NCBI GenBank assembly: GCA_038257035.1
Contig: JBBSJT010000004.1
Location: 1-53,208 of the forward strand
Reading direction: 5' to 3'
DNA length: 53,208 nt
Source: Chlamydiia bacterium
GTDB taxonomy: Bacteria; Chlamydiota; Chlamydiia; Chlamydiales; Parachlamydiaceae
Below are positions 9,186-19,130 of the stretch, piece after piece. Positions within the stretch are counted from its first letter, which is position 1, and the number at the start of each line of letters is the position of its first letter. The notes beneath the pieces are model-generated. The model was not told the origin of the DNA and did not search any database. It saw only the letters and a list, made by a program, of their open reading frames with translations. The position numbers and the translations under genes were made by a program.

Positions 9186-10070
9186 TCATTTTCGTTTATT
9201 CCCACGAATTTTAAAAAACTTCATGATCTCATGAAGATAGGGACGATCTGTGCGAATATCAATAAATCCTGCATTAATTTTTCCCATCAAAGCCTTAACC
9301 TTTTGTATGCGCTCTTTTGCTTTAAAGGTATAACCCTCCCTTGTTGCAGGGTCTGCAAAATCAACTAAATTGTGATTGTTATTTTCAAGACCACTTATTT
9401 GAGTGAGCGGAAACTGGGGTAAATCAATCTCTTGAGGATCTGTTAACCCAATAGCAATTAAATCACATTTTTTAGCTATCAGTGCAGCTTGGTGAGTAAA
9501 ATCATCAGATATAAAATCTGAAATAAGAAAATAAACTCCTGATTTCATCGATACATTTCCAATGAAGTCCAAAACGTTTCCAATATCCGTTTTCAAATTT
9601 TTTGGGGTAAAGACAAGCAGTTCCAAAATGATGGAAAGCACATGCCTGACGCCTTTTTTTGGTAAAATATATTTCTCAATTTGATCGGAAAATAAAATCA
9701 AACCGACTTTGTCATTATTTTTAATGGCTGAAAAAGCAATCGTTGCTGCAATTTCAGCAATGAGCTCTGATTTTAAACGAGGAGTACTTCCAAATAGTGT
9801 TGAGGCTGATACATCTACGACAAGTGTAATATTAATTTCCCGCTCTTCGCGAAAATTTTTAACAAAAGGCTGGTTCATGCGCGCAGTCACTTTCCAGTCG
9901 ATACTTCTGATCTCATCCCCCGGCTGATAAACCCTAACATCTTCAAATTCCATTCCTTTGCCCTTAAAGGCACTTCGATAGGCTCCTGCCAATAAATCTT
10001 TTGAAAGCTTGGTTGTTTCTATTTGAATTCTTCGGATTTTCTTTAAAATTTCAACGGAGACTGTACCCAT
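9186..10070 (-). CDS. DUF58 domain protein
   Basis: GMEFEDVRVYQPGDEIRSIDWKVTAR, VDVSAS, LISDF motifs. Confidence 0.95.
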   Translation of the reverse strand: MGTVSVEILKKIRRIQIETTKLSKDLLAGAYRSAFKGKGMEFEDVRVYQPGDEIRSIDWKVTARMNQPFVKNFREEREINITLVVDVSASTLFGSTPRLKSELIAEIAATIAFSAIKNNDKVGLILFSDQIEKYILPKKGVRHVLSIILELLVFTPKNLKTDIGNVLDFIGNVSMKSGVYFLISDFISDDFTHQAALIAKKCDLIAIGLTDPQEIDLPQFPLTQISGLENNNHNLVDFADPATREGYTFKAKERIQKVKALMGKINAGFIDIRTDRPYLHEIMKFFKIRGNKRK

Positions 10071-10085
10071 CTTATTCCCTTCATT

Positions 10086-11078
10086 TTAAGGAACAATTAA
10101 TGTGTCTAGTATACGGTCAATAATGACATCCGATGAAACGTTTTCAGCTTCTGCTTCATAAGACCTTCTTAAACGATGTCTAAGAATATCGTGGGCTAGT
10201 TTTTTAATATCATGTGGCGTCACATAAGCTCTGCCATTTAAAAAAGCACGCGCTTTTGAGGCATTTTTAAAAGCAATAGTTGCTCTTGGTGAGGCTCCGA
10301 ACATCAAAAGACCTTCAATGTCAACTCCATATTTTTTGGGGAATCTTGTAGCAAAAATGATATCTAAAATGTAGTTTACAATTTTATCGTCGATGTAAAT
10401 TTCATTGACAACTTTTCGAAAATTTAAAATATCATCTCCATTTATTAGTTGTTGAATGGAGGGGCGATCTGAATAAGTCCCTTGCTTTTCCATGATTATT
10501 TTTTCTTCATCATAACTTGGGTAGTCGACTTTGATTTTCATCATGAATCGGTCTGTCTGAGCCTCAGGAAGTGGATATGTTCCCTCTTGCTCAATCGGGT
10601 TTTGAGTGGCTAATACTAAAAAGGGGTTTCCTGTTGGGAATGTTTCTTTGGCAATCGTCACTTGCTTTTCCTGCATGACTTCTAATAAAGCGGATTGTAC
10701 TTTTGCAGGAGCACGGTTGATTTCATCAGCAAGCAAGATATTTGTAAAAATAGGGCCTTTACTTATAGTAAAAATCGAATCCTTTTGATTGTACATCAAA
10801 GTACCAATCAAATCGGCTGGTAATAAATCAGGGGTAAACTGAATACGTTTAAAATCAGCATGAATGATTTTAGCAAGAGTAGTCACTGTTAAAGTTTTGG
10901 CAAGTCCGGGCAATCCTTCCAAGAGTATATGACCATCTGCAAGAAGCGCCACTAAGATACTATCGACCATATCTTTTTGGCCAACAATAATTTTCCCAAT
11001 TTCATTTTTAATAGATTCGATAATTTCTATATGTTTTTCAATTTTAAGAGATAATTCCTTTAAATTGGGCTCTTGCAT
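10086..11078 (-). CDS. moxR: MoxR-family AAA+ ATPase
   Basis: LLEGLPGLAKT, RIQFTPDLLPAD, LADEINRAPAKVQSALLE, ATQNPIEQEGTYPLPEAQ. Confidence 0.95.
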   Translation of the reverse strand: MQEPNLKELSLKIEKHIEIIESIKNEIGKIIVGQKDMVDSILVALLADGHILLEGLPGLAKTLTVTTLAKIIHADFKRIQFTPDLLPADLIGTLMYNQKDSIFTISKGPIFTNILLADEINRAPAKVQSALLEVMQEKQVTIAKETFPTGNPFLVLATQNPIEQEGTYPLPEAQTDRFMMKIKVDYPSYDEEKIIMEKQGTYSDRPSIQQLINGDDILNFRKVVNEIYIDDKIVNYILDIIFATRFPKKYGVDIEGLLMFGASPRATIAFKNASKARAFLNGRAYVTPHDIKKLAHDILRHRLRRSYEAEAENVSSDVIIDRILDTLIVP

Positions 11079-11091
11079 AGTATAGTCCTAA

Positions 11092-11955
11092 TCAGTTTAC
11101 TAATGTTTGAAATTCATGAAGCCACGATTCATTTTTAAGATCTTCTTTTGTTTCAGCAAAACTCACTCGTCCGTACATCTCTCGATTGTCAAGATATTGC
11201 GGAATATTTTGTTTTCTTGCTGTATCACTAAAAATCACATATTCGTATCGATAAGTATTGTCATCATAAGACATTTTATCTAAAACTTCGTGTCGGACAA
11301 AATAGGTACAATGCACCACAGGCTGTTCGATCAAACCTTTCAGTTGTCTTGATAAAATTGCTTCATAGTGAGGAGCATTAATAAAATATCCATTTGAATC
11401 AACCGCGCTATGGTAATTGGCATAAAAACCTGTATCCGCACCTTTTAAAAAGGGGGCAACAATTGGAAGTTTGGTATCATAAAGGGTTTGAATTGTGTGT
11501 GGATGAATAAAATTATCGCAGTCTGCAACAAAATAATGTGAATTGTTATTTCTGGCAAAATCAAGAGAATCTTGTCTAATCTTACCTAATACCTTGAATC
11601 TTAATGCGTTCCATTCATGCTGCTTATAATTTTGTACCTTTTCTGCTACATCGGATGCATCAAAGTGCACGCCTGCATATTTGTTGCCGACTTTATCAAC
11701 CCATTGTTTTAAAATATTAACTGTATCATCGGTGTTGTTATTTGTACGAATGTACAAATAAGTTTTATTTGCTGGGAAAGTTTGCTTCTCAAGGAGCTCA
11801 AGGTACATGGGCAAAGTATGCGCCTTATCTTTTGCTAGAATGGCTATTGTCAAATGATCAATAGGTTTTGTCGTTTCTTTTTCAGTTGCCTTAAAAAACA
11901 TGACAGCTACAGCAATAGCTAAACTAGCACTAAAAAAAATTAAAAATGTTTTCAT
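11092..11955 (-). CDS. Glycosyltransferase resembling the N-terminal GT-A domain of procollagen galactosyltransferase (COLGALT1/PLOD-like)
   Basis: N-terminal anchor; IAILAKDKAHTLP, TNNNTDDT..ILKQW, YFVADCDN (DxD), IVAPFL, GYF..PHY..I, PVVHCTYFV. Confidence 0.75.
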   Translation of the reverse strand: MKTFLIFFSASLAIAVAVMFFKATEKETTKPIDHLTIAILAKDKAHTLPMYLELLEKQTFPANKTYLYIRTNNNTDDTVNILKQWVDKVGNKYAGVHFDASDVAEKVQNYKQHEWNALRFKVLGKIRQDSLDFARNNNSHYFVADCDNFIHPHTIQTLYDTKLPIVAPFLKGADTGFYANYHSAVDSNGYFINAPHYEAILSRQLKGLIEQPVVHCTYFVRHEVLDKMSYDDNTYRYEYVIFSDTARKQNIPQYLDNREMYGRVSFAETKEDLKNESWLHEFQTLVN

Positions 11956-12215
11956 AGAATTTGTCTTAAAGTTTCGTAAAGCTAAACAATACAAATCTTT
12001 ATTTTATTTGTACAAACAATTTTTTTAAACATGAAGACAAGATAGCCAACTAAAATCTATTGGTGTCGTTTTTATGATTTTTTTTTGAAATGAACAATGC
12101 TTGAACCTCTATTTTTTATTAACATTATCATTAATCATAAATTTAATTTAATTACTAAAACCAAAATATTAAAACAATATATAATACCTTGATATTTTTA
12201 TGAAATCTTTGTATA

Positions 12216-13655
12216 ATGAAATTAAAAAGCAGGTCACCTTTGATCAATTTTAACCCACCTTGCTACAAATTTATTACAACTACAACTGACCAAACCCAAG
12301 TCGAGGTTGAATACTCTTTGAAATCTACTCGTTCAATTGAATCTCTATTCATTGAAGAAGCTGAAAAAAGCTCTCTTTTTGCAGTTGCTTTCATTCAAAA
12401 ATTGGCACAGGATGGTAATCAACAAGCAATTCACTTAAGTTCCATTTATCAGGCCTATCATCTCTTTATGGAAAAGGGCGATAAACACCTATTCGCATCA
12501 ACTTGTGAAAAGATTTTTCAAAATCAACAAACAGACTCAATTGCCAAAGATTGTGCTAAATATATTATGTCATTAATAAAAAATCAGAAAATTGATCCCT
12601 CTTTAAAAAATGGGGAAGTCTTGATAAATCATCTTATTCCACAGTTGAAAGAAACACTTGCGCTAAAGCGTCCAGAAGTAATTTACCCCTCACAAGAGGT
12701 GATAATCTCTGAAATAACGTCAAAACATTTGGCTTTTCCTGATTTGATTAAATTTGAGGAAAATTATTATGCCTGCTTTAGGGAGGCCGATTCGCATGTC
12801 GCCTACCAGGATTTTGGAAAAATTCGTATTTTAAAAGGCAATTTCGATGAAAACGAAAAAAAATGGGATTTTGAAAATGCCGGGTTGATTTCCAAAGAGA
12901 GGTTTGATTTACGTGATCCACGTTTTTTTATCGATCATCACAATAATTTACGCATCATCATGGGTGCCTCCAAAATTAACGAAGAAGATGAAACAACTGA
13001 AATGGTTCCTCATGTTGCTACTTTAACAAATAAGATATGGCAAATTTCAGAAGCCAAAGCTGACGCTACAGGTAAGGGTCCTAAAGGTCAATGGATTTGG
13101 AGAGTAACTTGGAATCCGCATGACAATCATGGATATGCTCTTTCCTATGGGCAGAATAAAACTCTTTCTTTAATGAAAACATCAGATGGCTTTGAGTTTA
13201 TAAAGATTGCAGATATTGGCCATGAACCTTTAACCGATTTATCTGAAGCTACCATTCGATTTAAAGCAAACGGTGAGGCCACAGCCCTCATAAGAGCTCG
13301 AAGAAATGGAATTATTGCCGTTGCTCATCCAAATGATTATACTAAATGGACATATGAAACTGTGCCTTTTAGAGTAGGTGGCCAAGATTTTCATTTTTCA
13401 AAAAATGAAGAAAAAATATGGGCGGCAACCCGTCACTACTTTTTGAATGAAGATAACACCCTTGATGAATCAACAATTATTGCTTTGATGAATCAGCATG
13501 CTTTAATACCGGCCCTTCGGATCAAAAGTCATCTTGATAACAGCTACCCTTCGATGGTGATGGAGTCTGATGGTAGTGCAACCGTAATTTATTACTCCAG
13601 TGAGACTGAAAACCTCAGCCGTGTTTATATCACTAGAGTGACATTACCCGATTAA
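12216..13655 (+). CDS. Sialidase/BNR-like beta-propeller protein with a ~150-aa unique N-terminal extension
   Basis: HLAFPDLIKF..YYACFRE, DLRDP, WIWRVTW, SEATIRF, DNSYP, YYSS motifs. Confidence 0.6.
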   Translation: MKLKSRSPLINFNPPCYKFITTTTDQTQVEVEYSLKSTRSIESLFIEEAEKSSLFAVAFIQKLAQDGNQQAIHLSSIYQAYHLFMEKGDKHLFASTCEKIFQNQQTDSIAKDCAKYIMSLIKNQKIDPSLKNGEVLINHLIPQLKETLALKRPEVIYPSQEVIISEITSKHLAFPDLIKFEENYYACFREADSHVAYQDFGKIRILKGNFDENEKKWDFENAGLISKERFDLRDPRFFIDHHNNLRIIMGASKINEEDETTEMVPHVATLTNKIWQISEAKADATGKGPKGQWIWRVTWNPHDNHGYALSYGQNKTLSLMKTSDGFEFIKIADIGHEPLTDLSEATIRFKANGEATALIRARRNGIIAVAHPNDYTKWTYETVPFRVGGQDFHFSKNEEKIWAATRHYFLNEDNTLDESTIIALMNQHALIPALRIKSHLDNSYPSMVMESDGSATVIYYSSETENLSRVYITRVTLPD

Positions 13656-13744
13656 TTTACGCTTAAATCACTTTTCGCATTTTTTCTTTATATATTCTTA
13701 ATAAAATGCTGGTATGATGGTAAATCATTAACAATGAGGTTTTT

Positions 13745-14338
13745 ATGAATTTATTAAGTAACTTAGTCGATTACACGCACCATGAGCTTGATAAAGCTTA
13801 TCAAAAGACACAACTTGAGATAAATAAAGCTTATTATAATGTTTTTGACGCAAGTTTATTTGAGGAAGGCCCAATAAAAAAGATGACTCCTTCAATTCTT
13901 GTGAATATTTTTTTAAATCTTAACCGTACTGAATGGCAAAAACAATTTGAAGTTTGCAAAAAATGGAAACAACTTGCTAACGATCCTTCTTGTTCCCTCT
14001 TATTTGATAAATTTTTATCAGAATTCAAAAAAGAAAACAAAAGCTTCTTTAACGAAAATTTTGAAAAAACTTTTAAATATGAACTTCAAGCGAATGAAAA
14101 TTTTTTATTCTCTGCAATTAAAAATCAAGTTTATTTCAAATTCGATAACTTAAAAGAACCGGAAATAGAACGTCTCAAAAACAAAAATTTTTACAGTAAA
14201 ATAGTTTCGGATGCTGGCACACTGAGTCTTGAAGCAATAGCAAAAGAGTATAAAAATCTAGGATTTTCTCAAGATATTATAGATGACGTTGAACGAGATC
14301 AAGCAACTCATTCGCTTAACATACCCGTTTTACTTTAA
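13745..14338 (+). CDS. F-box-like protein (putative effector)
   Basis: MTPSILVNIFLNLN...FEVCKKWKQLANDP matches the F-box pattern. Confidence 0.7.
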   Translation: MNLLSNLVDYTHHELDKAYQKTQLEINKAYYNVFDASLFEEGPIKKMTPSILVNIFLNLNRTEWQKQFEVCKKWKQLANDPSCSLLFDKFLSEFKKENKSFFNENFEKTFKYELQANENFLFSAIKNQVYFKFDNLKEPEIERLKNKNFYSKIVSDAGTLSLEAIAKEYKNLGFSQDIIDDVERDQATHSLNIPVLL

Positions 14339-14348
14339 AATTAAGAAA

Positions 14349-14969
14349 GATATGCTGGTGCTACTTTAAAGTGAAAAATTTAAACCTCTACAACCTATAA
14401 ATCTTCGATTTTTTACAGGATATGCGTGATCGCTACACGGCAGGATCGCTAAAGCGCATACGAATTAAGCTAAGGCCTCAAGTTGCTTAAATAAAAGATC
14501 TTAATATTGATTATAAAGCAGGCCTACAGCCTGCGTTGTCACTCCTCACCATACCTAGGGCGGTGCCCTAGGCTATTACAACTCTGGCCTTCAGCCTGAA
14601 AGACGGTTTTTCAGGGCAAAGCCCTGGTTTATGAAAGCCTAGGGCAACGCCCTAGGTGTCAGGTTGTTATGGTCGCAGGCCTACAGCCTGCGTTGTCACT
14701 CCTCACCATACCTAGGGCGGTGCCCTAGGCTATTACAACTCAGGCCTTCAGCCTGAAAGACGGTTTTTCAGGGCAAAGCCCTGGTTTATGAAAGCCTAGG
14801 GCAACGCCCTAGGTGTCAGGTTGTTATGGTCGCAGGCTGAAGGCCTGCTTTATAATTACTCTTCTTAGCTTTAGCGATCCTGAATATCCTGAAAAAAAAA
14901 TCGAAAGGTGCTAAATTAATAGATATAATGGGATTGAACCTTTTCGTTTTCATGTAGCACCAGTATATC
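14349..14969. repeat. Nested inverted repeats (incl. ACAGGAT family F) enclosing a 2x157-bp REP/BIME-like tandem array
   Basis: IR pairs 14349-14364/14954-14969, 14404-14455/14868-14905, 14510-14535/14831-14856; tandem units start at 14518 and 14675. Confidence 0.9.
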
Positions 14970-14981
14970 CAAAAAAGTTAT

Positions 14982-15794
14982 TTAAGGATGTCTTGTGAAG
15001 TGAATGCCAAGCCAACCATCTTCCTCGATCATAGAATTTAGTGTCCAATTATTAGCCTGTGCAAAGCTCATATAATGAGAAACATCTTTTTTTAAGATCC
15101 CTGAAATTAAGCAATCCCCGGGAATATGATGCATTTGTTGTAGCGATTCGAAAGCTTCTACCTGCTCACTTTGAACCATATTCATGAGTACAAGAAGTGG
15201 CTTGTGAGGATTATTTGGCATGTAGTCCATACTTTTTCCAAAATGAATATTTCCATTCAAGCCGTTTATTTCGCAATTAAGAAGTGCGTGTTTAATAGCT
15301 TCATCGTCAATGTCGACGCCAAAACAAGATGTTGCTCCCATTGAGATAGCGGCCAACGATAAAATGCCGCTTCCGCAACCAATATCCAAGACATCTTTTT
15401 CAAACACTTGGCCATTCATGAGTCTTAAAACAAGCCTTGTCGTTGGATGGGAAAGATCACCAAATCCAGGACCCGGTTTTATTTTTATAGGATTGAATTT
15501 TGGATTTTGGCAACCAAACTCTTTCAAATCAACATGGACATAGCCCTCATAAAAATTCATGCCATGATCTTTAAACTGTTGTTCCCAATCAATTGCAGGC
15601 AATACAAACGGGGTAAAATAGTCAATATCAATCTGTTCTTTTAAAATTGCTTCATCTTCAAGGTTTGCATAAATAATCTTTTGACCATTTTCATCCTCGT
15701 CACTATAAAGAATAGCTACTCCTAAATCTTCAAGTTTCTGCCAAACAGTATCAAGATCGGCTTTAGTAGTGAGATGAATGCACATGCTTTTCAT
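14982..15794 (-). CDS. prmA: Ribosomal protein L11 methyltransferase
   Basis: IDWEQQFK, IKPGPGFGDLSHPTT, VLDIGCGSGILS, GVDID, LISGIL. Confidence 0.85.
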   Translation of the reverse strand: MKSMCIHLTTKADLDTVWQKLEDLGVAILYSDEDENGQKIIYANLEDEAILKEQIDIDYFTPFVLPAIDWEQQFKDHGMNFYEGYVHVDLKEFGCQNPKFNPIKIKPGPGFGDLSHPTTRLVLRLMNGQVFEKDVLDIGCGSGILSLAAISMGATSCFGVDIDDEAIKHALLNCEINGLNGNIHFGKSMDYMPNNPHKPLLVLMNMVQSEQVEAFESLQQMHHIPGDCLISGILKKDVSHYMSFAQANNWTLNSMIEEDGWLGIHFTRHP

Positions 15795-16680
15795 AATAGT
15801 CCAAAATATCGGGTAATACGTCTCTTGCCGCTTTTTTGCCATTTTCATAAAGTGCACAAGTGTGTCGATCATCAAACATTCCTATCGGATTTAAGGAAGG
15901 TCTGATCACAACATTAGCACCAAATAAGCAGCGGCGACTTTGATTTAAGTGAATAATTTCAGCAGATCTTGCTGCAACATTAAAAAGGTTATTGGGGTTG
16001 GTTACAGGAAGTAATTCTCCCAAATCGACGGCAATAATCATTCGTGGTGAATATTTGAGCGCTGTTTGTACGGGATTCGGATCCAAAACACCACCATCGA
16101 CAAGTACCCTTCCATAGAGTTTTACAGGGTTAAAAAAGAAAGGTACTGCACAAGAAGCTAACACTGCAGGAACGATTGGACCACTGCCCAATTCAACAAT
16201 CTCTCCGCAATTTAAATCGGTTGCGATAGCAACAAAGGGAATCTTTAGATCTTCAAAATTTTTAACATTTAATTTGCTGCTTAAAAATCGAATCAATGAT
16301 TTGCCTTTACAAAGGCCGTAGCGACAATTTAATAAATTAATTTCAAGTAGATCTTTGCATTTTAAAGCAATGAGTAAGTCTTTTACGTATTGACCGTCTG
16401 GCATATCGGCGTAAAGAGCCCCGACAACACTTCCGGCACTACATCCAACAATCAGATCTATTGGAATTTTTGCCTCTTGTAATACTTCAAGCACTCCCAC
16501 GTGGAACATCCCTCTAGCACCACCGCCGCCCAAAACAAGAGCCACACCTATTTCTCTTTTATTAAAAACAATTTCAGGAATTGGACACGTCTCTTTTTCA
16601 TATTCATAATGGGGATTATGACATGAAGGCAATGTCAATAACGTGACAAATAAAAGCAAAAATTTTAATTTATAGAGCAT
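15763..16680 (-). CDS. Patatin-like phospholipase, probable lipoprotein
   Basis: Lipobox LPSC; ALVLGGGGARG, GCSAG, LVDGG. Confidence 0.9.
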   Translation of the reverse strand: MLYKLKFLLLFVTLLTLPSCHNPHYEYEKETCPIPEIVFNKREIGVALVLGGGGARGMFHVGVLEVLQEAKIPIDLIVGCSAGSVVGALYADMPDGQYVKDLLIALKCKDLLEINLLNCRYGLCKGKSLIRFLSSKLNVKNFEDLKIPFVAIATDLNCGEIVELGSGPIVPAVLASCAVPFFFNPVKLYGRVLVDGGVLDPNPVQTALKYSPRMIIAVDLGELLPVTNPNNLFNVAARSAEIIHLNQSRRCLFGANVVIRPSLNPIGMFDDRHTCALYENGKKAARDVLPDILDYYEKHVHSSHY

Positions 16681-16783
16681 AAAAAAGAATTTACTGGTTA
16701 AGTATTTATATCACTTCATTTTAGCTTAACCTCTCTATAAAGAACAAGAAAATAAGAGCCACCCTTCCACCGTCACTTTTACA

Positions 16784-17119
16784 TTTTTTACCGCGAAGCA
16801 ACCGTTATTGAGGGATTTTTTTACCGCGAAGAGCGCGAAGAAAGACGCGAAGGCGCGCGAAGAGAGCGCGCTTAAAAGCGCGATAACAAGAAGAGCATCA
16901 AAAAAATGATTTATCCCTTATTCCACTTTGCAATTGCAAAGTGGATGATTTATAAAATTGTTTTGTCAAAAACAATTTTATATATAAACATTCAAGGCTT
17001 TTGTACTGCCCCCTCTTAGGCGCGATAGCGCGCTTCTTCGCGTTTCTTCCCGCAGCGTAAGCTGCGTTTCTTCCCGCAGCGTAAGCTGCGCTTCTTCGCG
17101 CTCTTCGCGGTAAAAAAAA
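16784..17119. repeat. Long inverted-repeat element, CGCGAAG family (A)
   Basis: TTTTTTACCGCGAAGAGCGCGAAGAA ... TTCTTCGCGCTCTTCGCGGTAAAAAA; extra stub of a left arm at ~16784; tandem duplication of GTTTCTTCCCGCAGCGTAAGCTGC in the right arm. Confidence 0.9.
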
Positions 17120-17145
17120 GCAAAAGACCCTATTGACTAAAGGGC

Positions 17146-17174
17146 TTGACAAAATCGAGTTAAACTTCTAAAGT
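17146..17174 (+). promoter_or_regulatory. Putative sigma70/sigma66 promoter of the rml operon
   Basis: TTGACA-N17-TAAAGT about 25 bp upstream of rmlA. Confidence 0.6.
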
Positions 17175-17199
17175 TTTACAATAAAACATTCGAGGTCAT

Positions 17200-18069
17200 A
17201 TGAAAGGAATAGTCTTAGCAGGAGGCAGCGGAACCCGCCTACATCCTTTAACTTTAGGGGTTTCGAAACAGTTACTTCCTATTTATAATAAGCCGCTCAT
17301 TTACTATCCATTATCCGTATTATTGCTTGCCAATATTAAAGATATTTTAATTATCACAACCCCTGAAGAGCAATACTTGTTTAAACGTCTTCTAGGAGAT
17401 GGATCGAACCTTGGAATTCGTTTACAATATGCAGTACAGGAAAAGCCAAATGGTCTTGCACAAGCATTTATTATTGGTGAAGAATTTATTGGTGATGATT
17501 CTGTTTGCTTAATTCTTGGAGATAATATTTTTTACGGCAACCACATGGGACCACTTCTTGAAAAAGCTATATCGCGAAAAAAAGGCGCTACTCTTTTTGG
17601 TTATGAAGTAAAAAATGCCACAAGTTATGGTGTTGCTGAAATGGACGATACTGGGAAAGTTCTTTCTTTAGAAGAAAAGCCGGCAGATCCAAAATCAAAC
17701 GTTGCTGTAACAGGTCTTTATTTTTATGATAACAAAGTAGTAGAAATTGCAAAAAATTTAAAACCATCGGCTCGTGGTGAACTGGAAATTACTGATGTCA
17801 ATAAAGAATATTTAAAACTTGATCAAGTTCACATTAATGTGATGGGCAGAGGATTTACATGGCTTGATGCTGGAACTTATGAAGGCCTCATGCAAGCTAG
17901 CCAATTTGTTCAAGTAATTGAAGATAGGCAAGGTCTTTGCATTGCAGCTCTTGAAGAAATTGCTTTTCGTCAAAATTTTATTAGCAAAGAACAATTAGTG
18001 GATTTAGGTAAAAAACTTGGAAAAAGCCCTTATGGACAATATTTAACAGCAATAGCGAGTGCATCATGA
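17200..18069 (+). CDS. rfbA: Glucose-1-phosphate thymidylyltransferase
   Basis: [38 protein letters not shown]. Confidence 0.97.
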   Translation: MKGIVLAGGSGTRLHPLTLGVSKQLLPIYNKPLIYYPLSVLLLANIKDILIITTPEEQYLFKRLLGDGSNLGIRLQYAVQEKPNGLAQAFIIGEEFIGDDSVCLILGDNIFYGNHMGPLLEKAISRKKGATLFGYEVKNATSYGVAEMDDTGKVLSLEEKPADPKSNVAVTGLYFYDNKVVEIAKNLKPSARGELEITDVNKEYLKLDQVHINVMGRGFTWLDAGTYEGLMQASQFVQVIEDRQGLCIAALEEIAFRQNFISKEQLVDLGKKLGKSPYGQYLTAIASAS

Positions 18070-19127
18070 TTCAATTACGAAACGTAAAGAATATTTTAGT
18101 TACAGGCGGAGCCGGTTTTATTGGATCAGCTTTTATTCGCCATGCTTTGAAAATAGAAGACTTTACCGGAACAATCGTCAATTATGACCTATTGACTTAT
18201 GCCGGAAACCTTGAAAATTTAAAAACTGTTGAAAATGATCCGCGCTATATTTTTAAACAAGGGGATATTTCAAATGAAGCTCTAATTGAGCATCTTATGT
18301 TAGAGCATGATATCGACACAATTATCCATTTTGCAGCAGAAAGTCATGTAGATAGAAGCATTCTTGGACCAAAAGCATTTCTTGAAACAAATATCATGGG
18401 AACTTTTCACTTGCTTGAAGTTTTAAGAAAGTTTCCTAAAATTCACTTTCATCATGTTTCGACCGATGAAGTTTATGGATGTCTTGGGGATACAGGCCTT
18501 TTTACAGAAGAAACCCCTTACAGCCCAAATTCCCCCTATTCTGCCTCAAAAGCTGCTTCCGATCACCTTGTAAGAGCCTACGGTACTACCTATCAGCTCT
18601 CCACCTGCATCTCAAACTGCAGCAATAACTATGGCCCCTACCATTTCCCCGAAAAACTTATTCCTCTGATGATTTTAAATTGCTTGGAAGGAAAACCACT
18701 TCCTGTTTATGGTAACGGAACAAACGTGAGAGATTGGCTATATGTTGAAGATCACGCATCTGCATTGTGGATGCTTTTAACAATGGGCAAAAAAGGGGAA
18801 ACCTATAATATTGGCGGTGAGTGCGAACTAAAAAATATTGATCTTATCCATATAATTATTAATATTTTGAGCGAACTTAACATCAAAGATAAAGAAAATT
18901 TAGAATCCCTCATTCATTTTGTAAAAGATCGCCCCGGTCATGATTTTCGTTACGCCATCGATTGTTCCAAAATAAAAAGAGAAATCAATTGGCAGCCATC
19001 ACACTCCTTTGATGAAGGGATTAGAAAAACTATTAATTGGTATTTGGAAAATCTTGATTGGGTAAAAAATATTCAATCAGGTAACTATAGAGAATGGATT
19101 GAAGCGCAGTATGGAGTAACGGTTTAA
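18066..19127 (+). CDS. rfbB: dTDP-glucose 4,6-dehydratase
   Basis: [44 protein letters not shown]. Confidence 0.97.
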   Translation: MIQLRNVKNILVTGGAGFIGSAFIRHALKIEDFTGTIVNYDLLTYAGNLENLKTVENDPRYIFKQGDISNEALIEHLMLEHDIDTIIHFAAESHVDRSILGPKAFLETNIMGTFHLLEVLRKFPKIHFHHVSTDEVYGCLGDTGLFTEETPYSPNSPYSASKAASDHLVRAYGTTYQLSTCISNCSNNYGPYHFPEKLIPLMILNCLEGKPLPVYGNGTNVRDWLYVEDHASALWMLLTMGKKGETYNIGGECELKNIDLIHIIINILSELNIKDKENLESLIHFVKDRPGHDFRYAIDCSKIKREINWQPSHSFDEGIRKTINWYLENLDWVKNIQSGNYREWIEAQYGVTV

Positions 19128-19130
19128 CGG

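Noticed and set aside
6721..9619. DGR template/variable repeat pair
   Set aside because: The 17 mismatches are not confined to adenines in either copy on either strand, and no reverse transcriptase is present
14518..14831. CRISPR array
   Set aside because: Two nearly identical 157-bp units with no unique spacers, and no cas genes in the window
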